63,135 bases of DNA from Chloroflexota bacterium (GCA_016199265.1 JACQGX010000088.1:1-63135), one strand, 5' to 3'. Numbered from the stretch's first letter, positions 16,973 through 29,421 are shown. Numbers and translations are program-made. The notes: generated by a model not told the origin, from the letters alone.

Positions 16973-16983
16973 TCCGCTGGATT

Positions 16984-17023
16984 CCCCTCTCCCCTGGTGG
17001 GAGAGGGGGTAGGGGGTGAGGGG
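16984..17023. repeat. CCCTCTCCC...GGGAGAGGG / GGGGTGAGGGG repeat
   Basis: The sequence is cccctctcccctggtgggagagggggtagggggtgagggg. Related copies lie at 32605-32650, 35795-35820 and 58495-58570. Confidence 0.7.
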
Positions 17024-17029
17024 AATCGG

Positions 17030-17755
17030 CTATATCCCGCTAGGGACGATCGCCAGCTCGGGCACGCGGACTCGCGCCGGGAGTGAGGCAACGAAGAGGC
17101 ACGCTTGGGCGACGTCCTCCGGCAGGAGCGCTTTGGCGACGATCTCGGGCGGCGTCGGCACCGGCCGCTTCTCGAGCAGCGGCGTGTTGGTCAGGCCCGG
17201 GAAGATGACCGTCGTCCGAATCCCGTTCTCCCGCTCTTCCTCCATCGTGCCGTGCGCCAATCCGACCTGGCCGTGCTTCGTCGCCTGGTAGGCGACGCCG
17301 GAACGATCGGGTCGCTGGACGGCCGCCGAAGAGAGGTACACGAGCAGGCCGCCGCCCTGCTGGCGCATGTGCGGCAGCGCCGCCTGTGTGGTGTGAAAGC
17401 ACGCCGAGAGGTTGCTCTCGACCATGTCGTGCCAGTCGGCCGGATCGAGGACGCTCAAGGCTCGGCGCGGAATGTTGGTTCCGGCGGCATTGATCACCAC
17501 GTCGAGCCGCCCAAGCCGCTCGGCGGTGGTGTCGACCGCCGCCCGAGTCGCCGGCCCGTCGGCAAGATCGACGGCGTGCACCAGCACACGGCGCCCGTGG
17601 TGGCGAGCCTCTGCCGCGACCTCCTCGAGCGCCGCCGCGCGACGGGCGACGAGTGCGACGTCGGCCCCCTCCGCGGCGAAGAGCAGCGCCGTCGCGCGGC
17701 CCATACCGCTGCTGGCGCCGGTGACCAGGACCACCAGCCCGTCAAGCTTTCCCAT
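17030..17755 (-). CDS. Short-chain dehydrogenase/reductase (SDR)
   Basis: The protein starts MGKLDGLVVLVTGASSGMGRAT (TGxxxGxG) and carries NAAG and YQATK catalytic motifs. The ATG at 17755 follows AAGGAAGGAGA. The longer track ORF start lies in repeat DNA. Confidence 0.9.
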   Translation of the reverse strand: MGKLDGLVVLVTGASSGMGRATALLFAAEGADVALVARRAAALEEVAAEARHHGRRVLVHAVDLADGPATRAAVDTTAERLGRLDVVINAAGTNIPRRALSVLDPADWHDMVESNLSACFHTTQAALPHMRQQGGGLLVYLSSAAVQRPDRSGVAYQATKHGQVGLAHGTMEEERENGIRTTVIFPGLTNTPLLEKRPVPTPPEIVAKALLPEDVAQACLFVASLPARVRVPELAIVPSGI

Positions 17756-17883
17756 ACGATCGTCTCCTTCCTTCGGGTCGTTTGCCCCCAAGAGCCTAGC
17801 GAACGGCGAGCCAAAGTGGCGAGGGGAGTCGGGCGCGTACAAGAGTTCCGGGGACTGCGCGTGCACGCAAATCTTCCGGGCGC

Positions 17884-17966
17884 GTGGCTTTCCTGTAGGG
17901 GCGTATGGAGATGCGCCCGACCGCGGCCCCTGGGCGTATGTCGATACGCCCCTACAGGAAAGCCAC
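17884..17966. repeat. Palindromic GTAGGGGCGTA...TACGCCCCTAC element (copy 1)
   Basis: The outer inverted repeat is 22 nt (gtggctttcctgtaggggcgta / tacgcccctacaggaaagccac). The 62-nt core is nearly identical, in reverse orientation, to 32753-32814. Confidence 0.85.
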
Positions 17967-18035
17967 GCCTCCGGCACGCTTGCCTGCACCCAGGGGTACC
18001 GAAATGCTCGGCACCAACGGTGTATCCTTAGACGC

Positions 18036-18362
18036 GTGAAACGGTCACGAGAGGCGCCGCTGCAGGACCGTCAAGTCGAGCTGGATGCGCTCTTTCGACA
18101 GGCGCAGCGGTGCGAGGCGGCGGGCGACGTCGCGCAGGCGCTGGAGCTGTATCTGGAGGCGTTGGCGCGTTTCGATCCGGTCGATCTGTCGTACTTCGAG
18201 CCGCCGGCGATCCTGCTCGAGCGGGGGCGCCGTTACGAGGCGGCGCTGGCGTTGTGCGAGCGCGTGCTGCGCGAGATCGACTTCACCGTCCCCGGCCGGG
18301 AGCCGTCCGAGGCGCAGTTCAGTCAGCGACGCCTGCGGCTGCGGCGGAAGCTGGGCCGGTAA
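18036..18362 (+). CDS. Small helical (TPR-like) hypothetical protein
   Basis: The ORF starts at a GTG and contains AGDVAQALELYLEALARFDP...ERGRRYEAALALCERVL. Its 3' end overlaps the convergent kinase gene by 44 nt. Confidence 0.3.
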   Translation: MKRSREAPLQDRQVELDALFRQAQRCEAAGDVAQALELYLEALARFDPVDLSYFEPPAILLERGRRYEAALALCERVLREIDFTVPGREPSEAQFSQRRLRLRRKLGR

Positions 18363-19737
18363 CCGGCACAGCCGGATCGCCGGCCACGTCCAATGGTAGA
18401 CGGATGGTGATCGTGGCGCCCTCGCCCTCACGGCTCTCGATCGCGATCGTTCCTCCATGCTGCTCGACAATTCGGCGGCCGGCGTCGAGGCCCACGCCGG
18501 TGCCGGCGAGGTGTCCGACCACATTCGAGCCGCGGTAGAAGCGATCGAAGACGCGCTCGAGATCGGCCTCTGGGATACCGATCCCCTCATCACGCACGCG
18601 GAGCACCGCCCACCGACCGTCGAACTCGCGTTCGGTCTCGACCAAGAGCGTGATCGTACCGCCGTTCGGGCTGTACTTGACGGCGTTGCCGAGGAGATTG
18701 TCGAGCAGTCGCTCGAGGCGGGATGTGTCCCACCAACCGCAGACCTCGGGCAGTGTCGATTCGACCACGATGCGATGGCGCTCGGCCAGCGCCTGGTGGT
18801 CGGCGGCGGTCTGGCGCGCCAGCGCCAGGAGGTCGGCCGGCTCGCGGCGCAGCTCTAACGCCTGCCCTTCGCGCAGTTACGTCACGTCGAGCAGCTCGTC
18901 GACGATTCGCCGCATCTTGCGGACGGCGACGTCGAGCCGGCTCACCCTCGCGGCGAGGCGATCGGGTGACACCGCACCCTTACGAGAAAGCTCCAACTGC
19001 AGGCTCTGCACCGTCGCCGAGAACGCGGTGAGGGGATTCTTGAGGTCGTGCGAGACGATCGTCAGCACGTCGTCGCGGGTGTTGATCGCCGCTCGGGCAT
19101 CGTCCAGCGCACGGTCGCGGGCATCGGCGATCTCCTGCAGCACGCGATTGCGCTCGGCGAGCGCGGCGCGCCACGCCCGGTCGCGCCGCGCGGCGACTTC
19201 TCCGCTGCGATCCATCAGAAACGCCACCGCCAGGCCGGTGATGAGGAAGAAGATCGTAAAGAAGACGCTATCGGTAAGGTGGCGGAGCTCGAACGGTACG
19301 CCGTCCAGAAACATGAGCTGGAGCCGGCCGGCCAGCACGCCAATCCCGGAGACGAGCGCGACCAACACCGTGCCGCGCCGACCGTGCGTGGCGGCCGCCG
19401 CCACGACGAACAGGAGGTAGACCGAATCGTAATAGGCGTTCCGGAGGAAGCCGTGGTAATTCGCCAGGACGAGGTAGACCAACCCGCAATCGAGCAGGCG
19501 GAGCAGGGGCTGCGACCGCAGCAAGACGTGCGGCGCGAACCGGAGCAGCAGCCAGACCCAGGTGTATGAGCCGGCGACGGCGATGGCAATCAACGCCGCG
19601 TACAACGCGGCCGGCCGGCCGAACGCCACGAGCACGAGCGCCGGCGCGACCAGAAAGCTCAGCCGCAGCCACTGCAGCAAGCGCTCGAACCGCAGACGGT
19701 CGTCGGGATCGAGGGCGAGCCCCACATGCTGATTCAC
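18319..19737 (-). pseudogene. Membrane sensor histidine kinase interrupted by one in-frame TAA
   Basis: The N-terminal part has several TM helices and the H-box (LTIVSHDLKNPL). A TAA at 18877-18879 falls between HisKA and HATPase. The same frame continues LREGQALELRREP...NLLGNAVKY...DEGIGIP...GTGVGL. Confidence 0.75.
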
Positions 19738-20019
19738 CGGCGTGCCTGGTACCTAGTGTGACGCCTGCCGGTCATCACGTCCAGGGGAAAGACTGACGAC
19801 GACCGACAAGGACGGACAACGGGGCCAGTGTACACAATCCCGAACTGGGCGCGAGGGCGCGAGGGCGCGAGCACGCAGTCGATCACGTTCTTTAGCGGCG
19901 GCAGGCAAACCGTACGGTTGGTCGGTGCCGTTCGCACTCCGAGCATGCGAGTACATACCGGTCATTTCGTGATGTGACGCTCACCGGCGTGTTAGCTTTC
20001 AACGCCGGAGGCCAACTGA

Positions 20020-20649
20020 ATGGGTTCTGAACACACGCCGCTGTTTATCCCGGTCGTGCTCGGCAGCATCCGCCGAAACCGGCGCAGCTACCGGCCCGCT
20101 GGCCTGCTCGCCGAACGCGTGGCGGCCGCCGGGCACCACACCGAGTTGATCGACCTGCGCGAGCTCAACCTGCCGATGTACGACGAGGAGGCGGTGACCG
20201 AGGCGCACCCAGGTGTGAAGCACCTGCGTGGCGCACTGGCTAGAGCAGACGCGTCCGTCTGGCTCTCGCCCGAGTACAACCACTCCTTCACCAGTGCCGT
20301 AAAAAACGCCATCGATTTTGTCGACGAAGAACTGCGCCGCAAGCCGGTTGGCGTTTGCGGCCTCGCCGGCAGCGCGGTCGGGGGCGCGCGCTGCGTCGAG
20401 CAACTCAAGCTCGTGCTCATCGAGCTGCATGCCGTCACCATCCGCGATTCGGTGTACTTCGGCGAGGCGAGAACGATCTTTGATGAGGACGGCACGCTGC
20501 TGCGACCAGAGTTCATCCGCAGGATCGACCTGATGCTGCGCGAGCTTACCTGGTACGCACGCGCCCTCCGATGGGGCCGCGAGCACATCCCGCTCCCGAA
20601 AAGGCGTCAACTGCCTCGCCCAGCAGATGGCAGCCTGGGCGGCCGCTGA
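20020..20649 (+). CDS. NAD(P)H-dependent FMN reductase (flavodoxin-like)
   Basis: Family motifs are present: IPVVLGSIRRNRRS...LSPEYNHSFTSAVKNAIDF. A GGAGG lies upstream of the ATG. Confidence 0.85.
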   Translation: MGSEHTPLFIPVVLGSIRRNRRSYRPAGLLAERVAAAGHHTELIDLRELNLPMYDEEAVTEAHPGVKHLRGALARADASVWLSPEYNHSFTSAVKNAIDFVDEELRRKPVGVCGLAGSAVGGARCVEQLKLVLIELHAVTIRDSVYFGEARTIFDEDGTLLRPEFIRRIDLMLRELTWYARALRWGREHIPLPKRRQLPRPADGSLGGR

Positions 20650-20990
20650 GAAGCCGAATGCCACACCGGCCGTCGCCACGCAACCGCGTGGCGGTAGACC
20701 TTTGGTTGAGGGCGCACGCCTGGAGAGCGGCCGCGGTACCACCTGCGATGGGTCAGCAGGCGGGCGCTGCCCGGGTGGACGGATTTTCGCGCGGACCAGT
20801 CACAAATCTGGACAGCCGCTCGTTGATCCCGGTGATGAACACGATCTACCCGATGAATACGCCGATCCGTCTGCGCGGCATCACCACCCAGCTCGTGCGG
20901 CTCGCCACCGTAGCCATCGCCGTCTACTTGGCCCTCGTCGCCCTGTCGCCGGCGTACGCCTAGCCCACCGCTCAGCCCCGCCCCGACGCG

Positions 20991-21054
20991 GCGAGAGGGC
21001 GATGGGGCAATGGGGCAATGGGGCGCCCGTTGCTCGCCCTCTCGCCCTCTCGCC
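20991..21054. repeat. Hairpin repeat element, GGGGCAAT / GAGAGGGCGA flavour
   Basis: The left arm gcgagagggcgatggggcaatggggcaatgggg pairs with cgccctctcgccctctcgcc. Confidence 0.7.
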
Positions 21055-21093
21055 ACGTGGGGCCGGCCGGCGGCACGGTGCGTTAAACGAGAG

Positions 21094-21519
21094 GTGCTGC
21101 CTTCTCATCACGCCGGCCTTGCCGCCGCCGCGACGGTGCCGCTGGCGTGGCGCGGCTGGAATGGCCCGGCGCGGCTGGAGTTCTTTGCCGCGGCGGTGCT
21201 GATCGACGCCGACCACTACCTTTCTTACGTCTGGCGGACCGGCGACCTCTCGCTGTGGAACGCCTACTGGTGGCACCGACGGCGCACTCACGCGTCCCCG
21301 AGGCGCTGGAAGCTGCACTGGCCCCATCTGGGTTTCCAGCCGACGCGACCGCTGCACGTACCGGCGGCGCTGCTCTTGTTCCTGCTCGTCTCGTGGCGGT
21401 GGCGCCGGCTGCGACCGCTGGCGTGGGGCCTCATTTTCCACCGCGCGCTCGACGCGCTGTGGGAGGCGCTGGCGCAACCCGGCCATCTCCCTTGCCCGGA
21501 CGTGAAACGTGAAACGTGA
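21094..21519 (+). CDS. Putative membrane-bound metal-dependent hydrolase (YdjM/DUF457-like)
   Basis: The protein has an N-terminal PSHHAGLAA segment, an LIDADHYLSY motif and hydrophobic helices. The start is uncertain, and the C-terminus runs into a repeat arm. Confidence 0.4.
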   Translation: MLPSHHAGLAAAATVPLAWRGWNGPARLEFFAAAVLIDADHYLSYVWRTGDLSLWNAYWWHRRRTHASPRRWKLHWPHLGFQPTRPLHVPAALLLFLLVSWRWRRLRPLAWGLIFHRALDALWEALAQPGHLPCPDVKRET

Positions 21520-21606
21520 GCTTCCGAGCAGATCCCCATGGTAAGGGGTGCCATTTTGGTACAAGCGCCGCCTTTTGGCTCACGTTTCACGCGTCACGTT
21601 TCACGT
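21500..21606. repeat. Hairpin repeat element, CGTGAAACG flavour
   Basis: The left arm acgtgaaacgtgaaacgtgagc (21500-21521) pairs with gctcacgtttcacgcgtcacgtttcacgt (21578-21606). Both convergent flanking genes end inside the arms. Confidence 0.85.
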
Positions 21607-22704
21607 GCCGAAGCTGATCCCCACGCTGCGGGCAGCTTGCACCATTTCGCCGTTGGGGTCGACCAGCTTCGGGCGGGCGATCGCATCGGCGATGGAGACG
21701 TCGACGATGTCCCGGCCGCGGAGGGCGACCATCCGACCGTACCCGCCACGGGCGATGAGATGGACAGCCGCCGCACCGAAGCGTGTACCCAGCGTACGGT
21801 CGAATGGGCTGGGCGAGCCGCCGCGCTGGAGGTGGCCGAGCACAACCGCGCGCGTTTCGGCGCCGGTGGCCAGCGCGATGTCTTCGGCTACCTGGATACA
21901 GATGCCGCCCAGGCGCCGCGCGCCAGGCGCGCCGTGCCGTTCTTCCTGGTATACCTGCGCGCCACCTTCAGGCACGGCGCCTTCGGACACGACGACGATC
22001 GAGAACTTCCGCCCGGCGCGGGCGCGGTTGATCAGCGCCGACGCCACCGCATCGATCCGGTACGGAATCTCGGGGATAAGAATGACGTCGGCCCCACCGG
22101 CGATACCCGCCTCCAACGCGATCCAACCCGCATCGCGCCCCATCACCTCGACGACCATGACACGATTGTGGCTTTCCGCCGTCGTGTGCAGCCGGTCAAT
22201 CGCATCGGTGGCGACGTGCAGCGCCGAGTCGTAACCGAACGTCACGTCGGTCGCCGCCAGATCGTTGTCGATCGTCTTCGGCACGCCGACGAGATTGATG
22301 CCGAGCTCGAGCAGTTGCGAGGCGATACGCATGCTGCCATCGCCGCCGATGGTGACCAGCGCGTCGATCTCCAGCTCCCGTATGCGGTTGACGACCTCCG
22401 GCGATCGATCGATTGGTTCACCCGTTTCGGTCGGCATAGCGAACGGATTGCCGCGATTGCTCGTGCCAAGAATCGTGCCTCCCAAGGGCAGGATGCCGCG
22501 TACGCTTTCGGCCGTCAGCGGCCGCACGCGCGCGCCGTAACGTCCCAAGAGCCCGTCGAAGCCGCTTTCGATCCCCAGTACTTCCCAGCCGTAGACACCG
22601 ATCGCCGTCTTGACGACCGCCCGAATGACCGCGTTCAAGCCGGGACAATCGCCGCCGCCCGTCGATACGGCGATCCGCCGCACATCGCCTGTCGATGCTC
22701 CCAT
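21601..22704 (-). CDS. pfkA: 6-phosphofructokinase, ATP-type signature (Gly104-type GGDGS)
   Basis: The protein begins MGASTGDVRRIAVSTGGGDCPGLNAVIRAVV and contains TIGGDGSMRIA and GVPKTIDNDL. The ATG at 22704 follows AGGGGAGGA. Confidence 0.9.
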   Translation of the reverse strand: MGASTGDVRRIAVSTGGGDCPGLNAVIRAVVKTAIGVYGWEVLGIESGFDGLLGRYGARVRPLTAESVRGILPLGGTILGTSNRGNPFAMPTETGEPIDRSPEVVNRIRELEIDALVTIGGDGSMRIASQLLELGINLVGVPKTIDNDLAATDVTFGYDSALHVATDAIDRLHTTAESHNRVMVVEVMGRDAGWIALEAGIAGGADVILIPEIPYRIDAVASALINRARAGRKFSIVVVSEGAVPEGGAQVYQEERHGAPGARRLGGICIQVAEDIALATGAETRAVVLGHLQRGGSPSPFDRTLGTRFGAAAVHLIARGGYGRMVALRGRDIVDVSIADAIARPKLVDPNGEMVQAARSVGISFGT

Positions 22705-22738
22705 AGTCCTCCCCTTTAGCCCTCCCCTTGTGGTAACC

Positions 22739-22843
22739 GGTCGAACGACGAACGACGAGCGACGAACGGCCAATGTTGTTGCTGACGAGACAGCCTTCTT
22801 CGTCGTCCGTCGTTCGGCCTTCGTCTTCGATGTTCCTTCGTCT
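22739..22843. repeat. Hairpin repeat element, CGACGAACG flavour, in the divergent pfkA/ROK promoter region
   Basis: The left arm ggtcgaacgacgaacgacgagcgacgaacggcc pairs with cttcttcgtcgtccgtcgttcggccttcgtcttcg. Confidence 0.8.
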
Positions 22844-22860
22844 GATCGTAGAATACCTGC

Positions 22861-23805
22861 ATGAACACGAAACTTGCCGGCGAACACCGGCCTACTGCTA
22901 TCGCGGGACCCGCGGTGCGGCGGCGCTTTGGCGGCGCGGTGGGGGTCCACACCGGTGGGACGGTGTGCCGCGCGGCCGCCGGGCTGGCGCCGGAAGGGAT
23001 CTGGCGCTCGGCGCTGCCCGCGGGCGGCGTCGAGGCGACCTGCGAGGCGATGGTCGCCGCGGTCGTGAGGGTAGAACCGGCGCCGAAGCTGGTGGTCGTC
23101 GCCACACCCGGTCACGTCGATCCGGCGAGCGGCGACGTCGCCGGGGCCGCCAACCTCGGTCCCGAATGGACGGGCACTGTCCCACTTCGGCGGCTGCTGG
23201 AATCACGACTCGGTTGCGAGGTCACGGTGCGCAACGACGCCACCGTGGCGCTCGAGGCCGAGCGGCGGCGCGGCGGCTTGATCGCCGCCAACGACGGCGC
23301 CCTCATCAGCCTGAGTACGGGCGTGGGGGTGGCGCGGCTCGTCGGCGGCCGCGAGACGCCGACCGAGCTGGGGCACAGCGTGCTTCAGTTCGACGGCCCG
23401 CCGTGCCTGGGCCGGCCGCACCGCGGCTGCTTTGAGAGCTTTCTAGGCGGCTGGGCGCTCCCGCTGCGGTACAAGGAGCGGCACCCCGACTTCACCGGCA
23501 CCGCAGCGCGGGAAATCCCCGACGATCCGGCGTTCTGGACCGAGTGCGGCGCCCGCCTGGGCGAGCTGGTCGTCACGCTCTGTCTCTTGGGACAGCGCCT
23601 CGAAGTGGTATCCCTCATGGGACAGGTAACGCTGGCGCGCGCGCATTTCCTGCTGCCGGCGGTGCGTGCGCGCGTCCAGCAGGAAGCGGCGCTCCTGGGA
23701 GTCGTGCCGCGCCGCATCGTCGTTACGCCGCTCGGTGACGACGTCGGGGTGCTCGGCGCATTACTGGTCGCGCGTGACCTGCTCTATCCGTTCCAGGCCG
23801 CTTAA
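22861..23805 (+). CDS. ROK-family sugar kinase (glucokinase-like), degenerate zinc motif
   Basis: ROK-type segments are present: ATPGHVDPASGDV..ANLG..W, VRNDATVALEAE, and ELGHSVLQFDGPPCLGRPHRGCFE (ExGH plus a partial CxCGxxGCxE motif). Confidence 0.7.
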   Translation: MNTKLAGEHRPTAIAGPAVRRRFGGAVGVHTGGTVCRAAAGLAPEGIWRSALPAGGVEATCEAMVAAVVRVEPAPKLVVVATPGHVDPASGDVAGAANLGPEWTGTVPLRRLLESRLGCEVTVRNDATVALEAERRRGGLIAANDGALISLSTGVGVARLVGGRETPTELGHSVLQFDGPPCLGRPHRGCFESFLGGWALPLRYKERHPDFTGTAAREIPDDPAFWTECGARLGELVVTLCLLGQRLEVVSLMGQVTLARAHFLLPAVRARVQQEAALLGVVPRRIVVTPLGDDVGVLGALLVARDLLYPFQAA

Positions 23806-23856
23806 ACTTTGAGAGAAGAGCGAATCTCGTTCACTAGAAAGCCAGTTTACAGGCCC

Positions 23857-25010
23857 ATGCGTATCGGCATCCTGACCGGCGGCGGCGACGTCCCCGGTCT
23901 CAACCCGTGTATCAAGGCAGTGGTCACCCGAACGATCGACGCCGGCCTCGAGATCGCCGGCATCCGTCGCGGCTGGGGCGGGCTGCTCAACTACACCCTC
24001 GACGATCCACGCGGCAACGCCGAATGGGTGCAGCCGCTCTCCAAGGCCGACGTGCGGACGATCGACCGCTACGGCGGCACCCATTTGCACTCGTCGCGGA
24101 CCAATCCCGCGCGCGTCGGCCCTTCGATGATGCCGGCGTTCCTCAGCGGCATGTTCCCGTTCACCGGCGCGAAGGGCACCGCCGACTGCACACCACACGT
24201 GCTGCGCGTGCTCGAGCACCTGGGGATCGACACCCTCGTGCCGATTGGCGGCGACGACACGCTTTCCTACGCCGTGCGCCTGCACCAGGAAGGCGTGCGC
24301 GTCATCGGTATCCCGAAGACGATGGATAACGACGTCTTCGGCACCGATTACTGTATTGGCTTTTCGACGGCGATTACCCGGAGCGTCGACCTGATCAACT
24401 CGCTACGCACCCCCGCCGGCTCGCACGAGCGCATCGCGATCGTCGAGCTGTTTGGGCGCAACTGCGGCGAGACGGCGCTGGTGTCGGCGTACCTGGCCGA
24501 CGTCGACCGCACCGCCATCTCCGAGGTGCCGTTCGACGTGGAACGGCTGGCGCGGTTTCTGACGGACGATCGCCGGCGCAACCCGAGCAATTATGCGATG
24601 CTGGCCATCTCGGAGGGCGCGTCGATGATCGGCGGCCAGGTGGTCGAATACGGCCAGGAGGATGCCTACGGCCACCGCAAGCTCGGCGGCATCGGCCAGA
24701 TTACCGGCGAGGCAATCAAACAACTCACCGGCATCGACATAGTTTACCAGCCACTCAGCTATCTGATGCGCGCCGGCGCGCCCGACTCGCTCGATCGAAT
24801 GGTGGCCATCTCGTTCGGCAACCTGACCGTCGACCAGCTCCTGCAGGGCCACAGCGGGCGCATGGTGGCCCTCCAAAGCGGCCAGTACACCACCGTCCCG
24901 CTCAACATCACCAGCCAGGGCGTCAAGCGCGTCGACGTCCAGGAGCTCTACGACCCCGAGGCGTACCGGCCAAAAGTCCGCACCATGCTCGGGAAGCCGA
25001 TGTTCCTGTA

Positions 25011-25014
<4 letters not shown>
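23857..25014 (+). CDS. pfp: Phosphofructokinase with PPi-type signature residues (GGDD, PKTMDND)
   Basis: The protein begins [23 protein letters not shown] and contains [11 protein letters not shown] and [10 protein letters not shown]. The ATG at 23857 was chosen. Confidence 0.8.
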
Positions 25015-27323
<2,309 letters not shown>

Positions 27324-27429
27324 CGTTACCAGATTCTACTCTGGTCCCCCTTGCTCCTGTGCGCGCGGCAGAAGCCGGTATGCTCACGCCATACCCTGCT
27401 CTCCCCATTCTAGAGGGTCAGGGTGAGAG

Positions 27430-27526
27430 CTAAAGCAAGTCCAAAGTCGAAAGTCCAAAGTCCAAAGCACGTCGCATCTTGTAGGCTACCTTGGACTTTG
27501 GACCTTGGGCTCTGGACTGAGTTTAC
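27430..27526. repeat. Hairpin repeat element, GTCCAAAG flavour
   Basis: The left arm ctaaagcaagtccaaagtcgaaagtccaaagtccaaagc pairs with ccttggactttggaccttgggctctggactgagtttac. Confidence 0.8.
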
Positions 27527-27528
27527 GC

Positions 27529-28485
27529 ATGGCTGATCGCACGCGCAAGACCGCAGCACCGACGGCGTCTCCCATAATGGCGTCGACCGATCCGTACCGG
27601 ATTCTTCAAGTCGATCCCTCTGCGGAGCGCGAGGTCATCGAAGCCGCCTACCGTGCGCTCGCACGCAAGTACCATCCCGACGTCAATCGTACCCCGGATG
27701 CAGAGCACCGGATTCGGGAGATCAATGAAGCCTACGCCGTCCTCCACGACGACGCTCGCCGGGCTTCGCTCGACGCTACGCGCAGCGGCCCCGGCGCCGC
27801 CCGACCCGCACCAGTAACCGATGCCGAGCTTCGCGCTCGTTTGACCCCGGACCGGCCAATCGACCTGTACCGTGCCGCTCTGGCCGACACCTGGCAGGGG
27901 TTCGTAGGACGGATCAAGGGCCAGGGGTCGGCGGCGGAGGGCGGCCGTCCCACGGCAGGCGGCAGCCGCGTACAGCCGGCCTTCCTCGTTGCGGCTGTGG
28001 TATTCGGCGCCGTCGCGTTTGTGGCGCTTGGTGCGCGGGCCTTGCCGGCGGCTCGAGGTGGCGACGATCGCGCTTTCGCGGCGTACTGGCGCGTGGCCGC
28101 GACGGCGAAGGCGGACGTCGAGGTCGCGCGCCAGCGTTACGTCGAGGTGCTGGGTGGGGAGAGCGGGCCGGCGGCGTACCAAGCTGCCATCGCGAACCCG
28201 GTGTTTCCCAACGTCGCCACCCAGTTTGCGGCCGAGCTCAATACCGCGATGGGCCGGCTCAAGGAAGTCTCAAGCGTGCCGCGAACGGTGGAGGCCTACC
28301 ACTTTCAGCAACTGGACGACTGGCGCGAGGAGCGTGCTCTACGCCTCGCCTACCGCGATGCCGCGGTCACGCGCAACCCCGATCTGTGGGCACAGACCAC
28401 CGAACGCGAGGCGGCGTGGCGTGCCTCCGCTCGGCATCATCGCACCGAGGCCCTCGCCTGGCAGCTCGCCGCTCGTGTGAAGTAG
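27529..28485 (+). CDS. J-domain (DnaJ-like) membrane protein
   Basis: The J domain is DPYRILQVDPSAEREVIEAAYRALARKYHPDVN...INEAYAVL (HPD motif). A TM helix (PAFLVAAVVFGAVAFVALGA) follows. Confidence 0.8.
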   Translation: MADRTRKTAAPTASPIMASTDPYRILQVDPSAEREVIEAAYRALARKYHPDVNRTPDAEHRIREINEAYAVLHDDARRASLDATRSGPGAARPAPVTDAELRARLTPDRPIDLYRAALADTWQGFVGRIKGQGSAAEGGRPTAGGSRVQPAFLVAAVVFGAVAFVALGARALPAARGGDDRAFAAYWRVAATAKADVEVARQRYVEVLGGESGPAAYQAAIANPVFPNVATQFAAELNTAMGRLKEVSSVPRTVEAYHFQQLDDWREERALRLAYRDAAVTRNPDLWAQTTEREAAWRASARHHRTEALAWQLAARVK

Positions 28486-28486
28486 G

Positions 28487-28591
28487 CAGCAGTCAGCGAT
28501 CAGCGGTCAGCGGTCAGCTATCAGTTCCCGGCCCGGCCCCACCGAGTGCTACACCTCACCGGCTGCTGACTGCTGACCGCTGATCGCTGAC
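28487..28591. repeat. Hairpin repeat element, CAGCGGT flavour
   Basis: The left arm gcagcagtcagcgatcagcggtcagcggtcagctatcag pairs with ggctgctgactgctgaccgctgatcgctgac. It starts right after the J-protein stop codon. Confidence 0.85.
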
Positions 28592-28741
28592 AACTAGACT
28601 AGTCGCCCATGGGGTGGCGGAGAACCGGGTACGATTCGGTACAGTGCAACGACGCAAGCGTCTCGGGGGAAGGGGTCTGGTCTTATTTCCGCAGGCGCCG
28701 ACTTCACGTCAGAACACATCCACAAGGAGACTTCCAGCCGC

Positions 28742-28867
28742 ATGATGTCGGATCCGCGCACGGTCGAGCGCCTGCTGGGCTACATGACTAAGGCAGTCTG
28801 GCTCATCATGGCCTACAGCTTTGGAACCATGATTGGCCGATTGATCCTGCTGGCCCAGGGCAACTAA
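28742..28867 (+). CDS. Possible 41-aa small membrane protein
   Basis: The ORF encodes MMSDPRTVERLLGYMTKAVWLIMAYSFGTMIGRLILLAQGN. AAGGAGA lies 11 nt upstream. The stop TAA sits in the terminus of the next repeat. This ORF is not in the supplied track because it is shorter than 60 aa. Confidence 0.25.
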   Translation: MMSDPRTVERLLGYMTKAVWLIMAYSFGTMIGRLILLAQGN

Positions 28868-28939
28868 CCCAAGTGCAAAATGCAGAGTGCAAAGTGTAAG
28901 GTGAGGGTGACTGCAGGCTGCACCTTGGCGTTGGTTTAG
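28864..28939. repeat. Hairpin repeat element, GTGCAAAG flavour
   Basis: The sequence is ctaacccaagtgcaaaatgcagagtgcaaagtgtaaggtgagggtgactgcaggctgcaccttggcgttggtttag. Confidence 0.85.
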
Positions 28940-28975
28940 CCTCGGCACCGGTCTAGCGGACCATCGGGCAACGGC

Positions 28976-29012
28976 AAGGGCGGGTCAAAGACCCGCCCTT
29001 ATCATTTGGTTT
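28976..29012. terminator. GC-rich stem-loop between convergent genes (candidate intrinsic terminator)
   Basis: The stem aagggcgggtc (28976-28986) pairs with gacccgccctt (28990-29000) around a 3-nt loop. On the plus strand it is followed by atcatttggttt. It lies 10 nt beyond the stop of the minus-strand receiver gene. Confidence 0.5.
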
Positions 29013-29421
29013 AGGCGGGCACCGGCTCCGACCGCGCCACCGCCTGCTTGCACACGTCGAGCAGTTCTTCGAGGTCGAAGGGCTTGGCCAGAAGCGCGTC
29101 TACGTGCATCTGCGCGGCTGTCAGCGATAGGTCGAGCCGGGCGCTGCAGAGGACGATCGGGGCGTGCGGCGCCGGCCGCCGCCGGTAGGCATCGATAAGG
29201 TGGACGCCGTCGACGTTGGGCATCGCGACGTCTACGAGGATCGCCGCCGGCCGCACCACGGCCAACAGTTCGAGCGCTTCGCGGCCGTCGGCAGCGGTGA
29301 CGACGGCGTAGCCTTCGTCTTCCAGCGCCTGGCGGATGAAGTCACGGATGGCTTTGTCGTCGTCCGCAACCAGGATCGGCTGAATCGGCCCATTCCGGTT
29401 CACCCACGTTCCCCTTTCCAA
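29011..29421 (-). CDS. Stand-alone response-regulator receiver (CheY-like)
   Basis: Receiver motifs are present: ILVADDDKAIRDFI...AAILVDVAMPNVDG...LAKPFDLEELL. No output domain is present. Confidence 0.85.
   Translation of the reverse strand: MERGTWVNRNGPIQPILVADDDKAIRDFIRQALEDEGYAVVTAADGREALELLAVVRPAAILVDVAMPNVDGVHLIDAYRRRPAPHAPIVLCSARLDLSLTAAQMHVDALLAKPFDLEELLDVCKQAVARSEPVPA

Noticed and set aside
20836-20963. A 42-aa ORF (MNTIYPMNTPIRLRGITTQLVRLATVAIAVYLALVALSPAYA) with one hydrophobic helix.
   Set aside because: It has no clear RBS and no supporting context. It may be real but cannot be supported from sequence alone.
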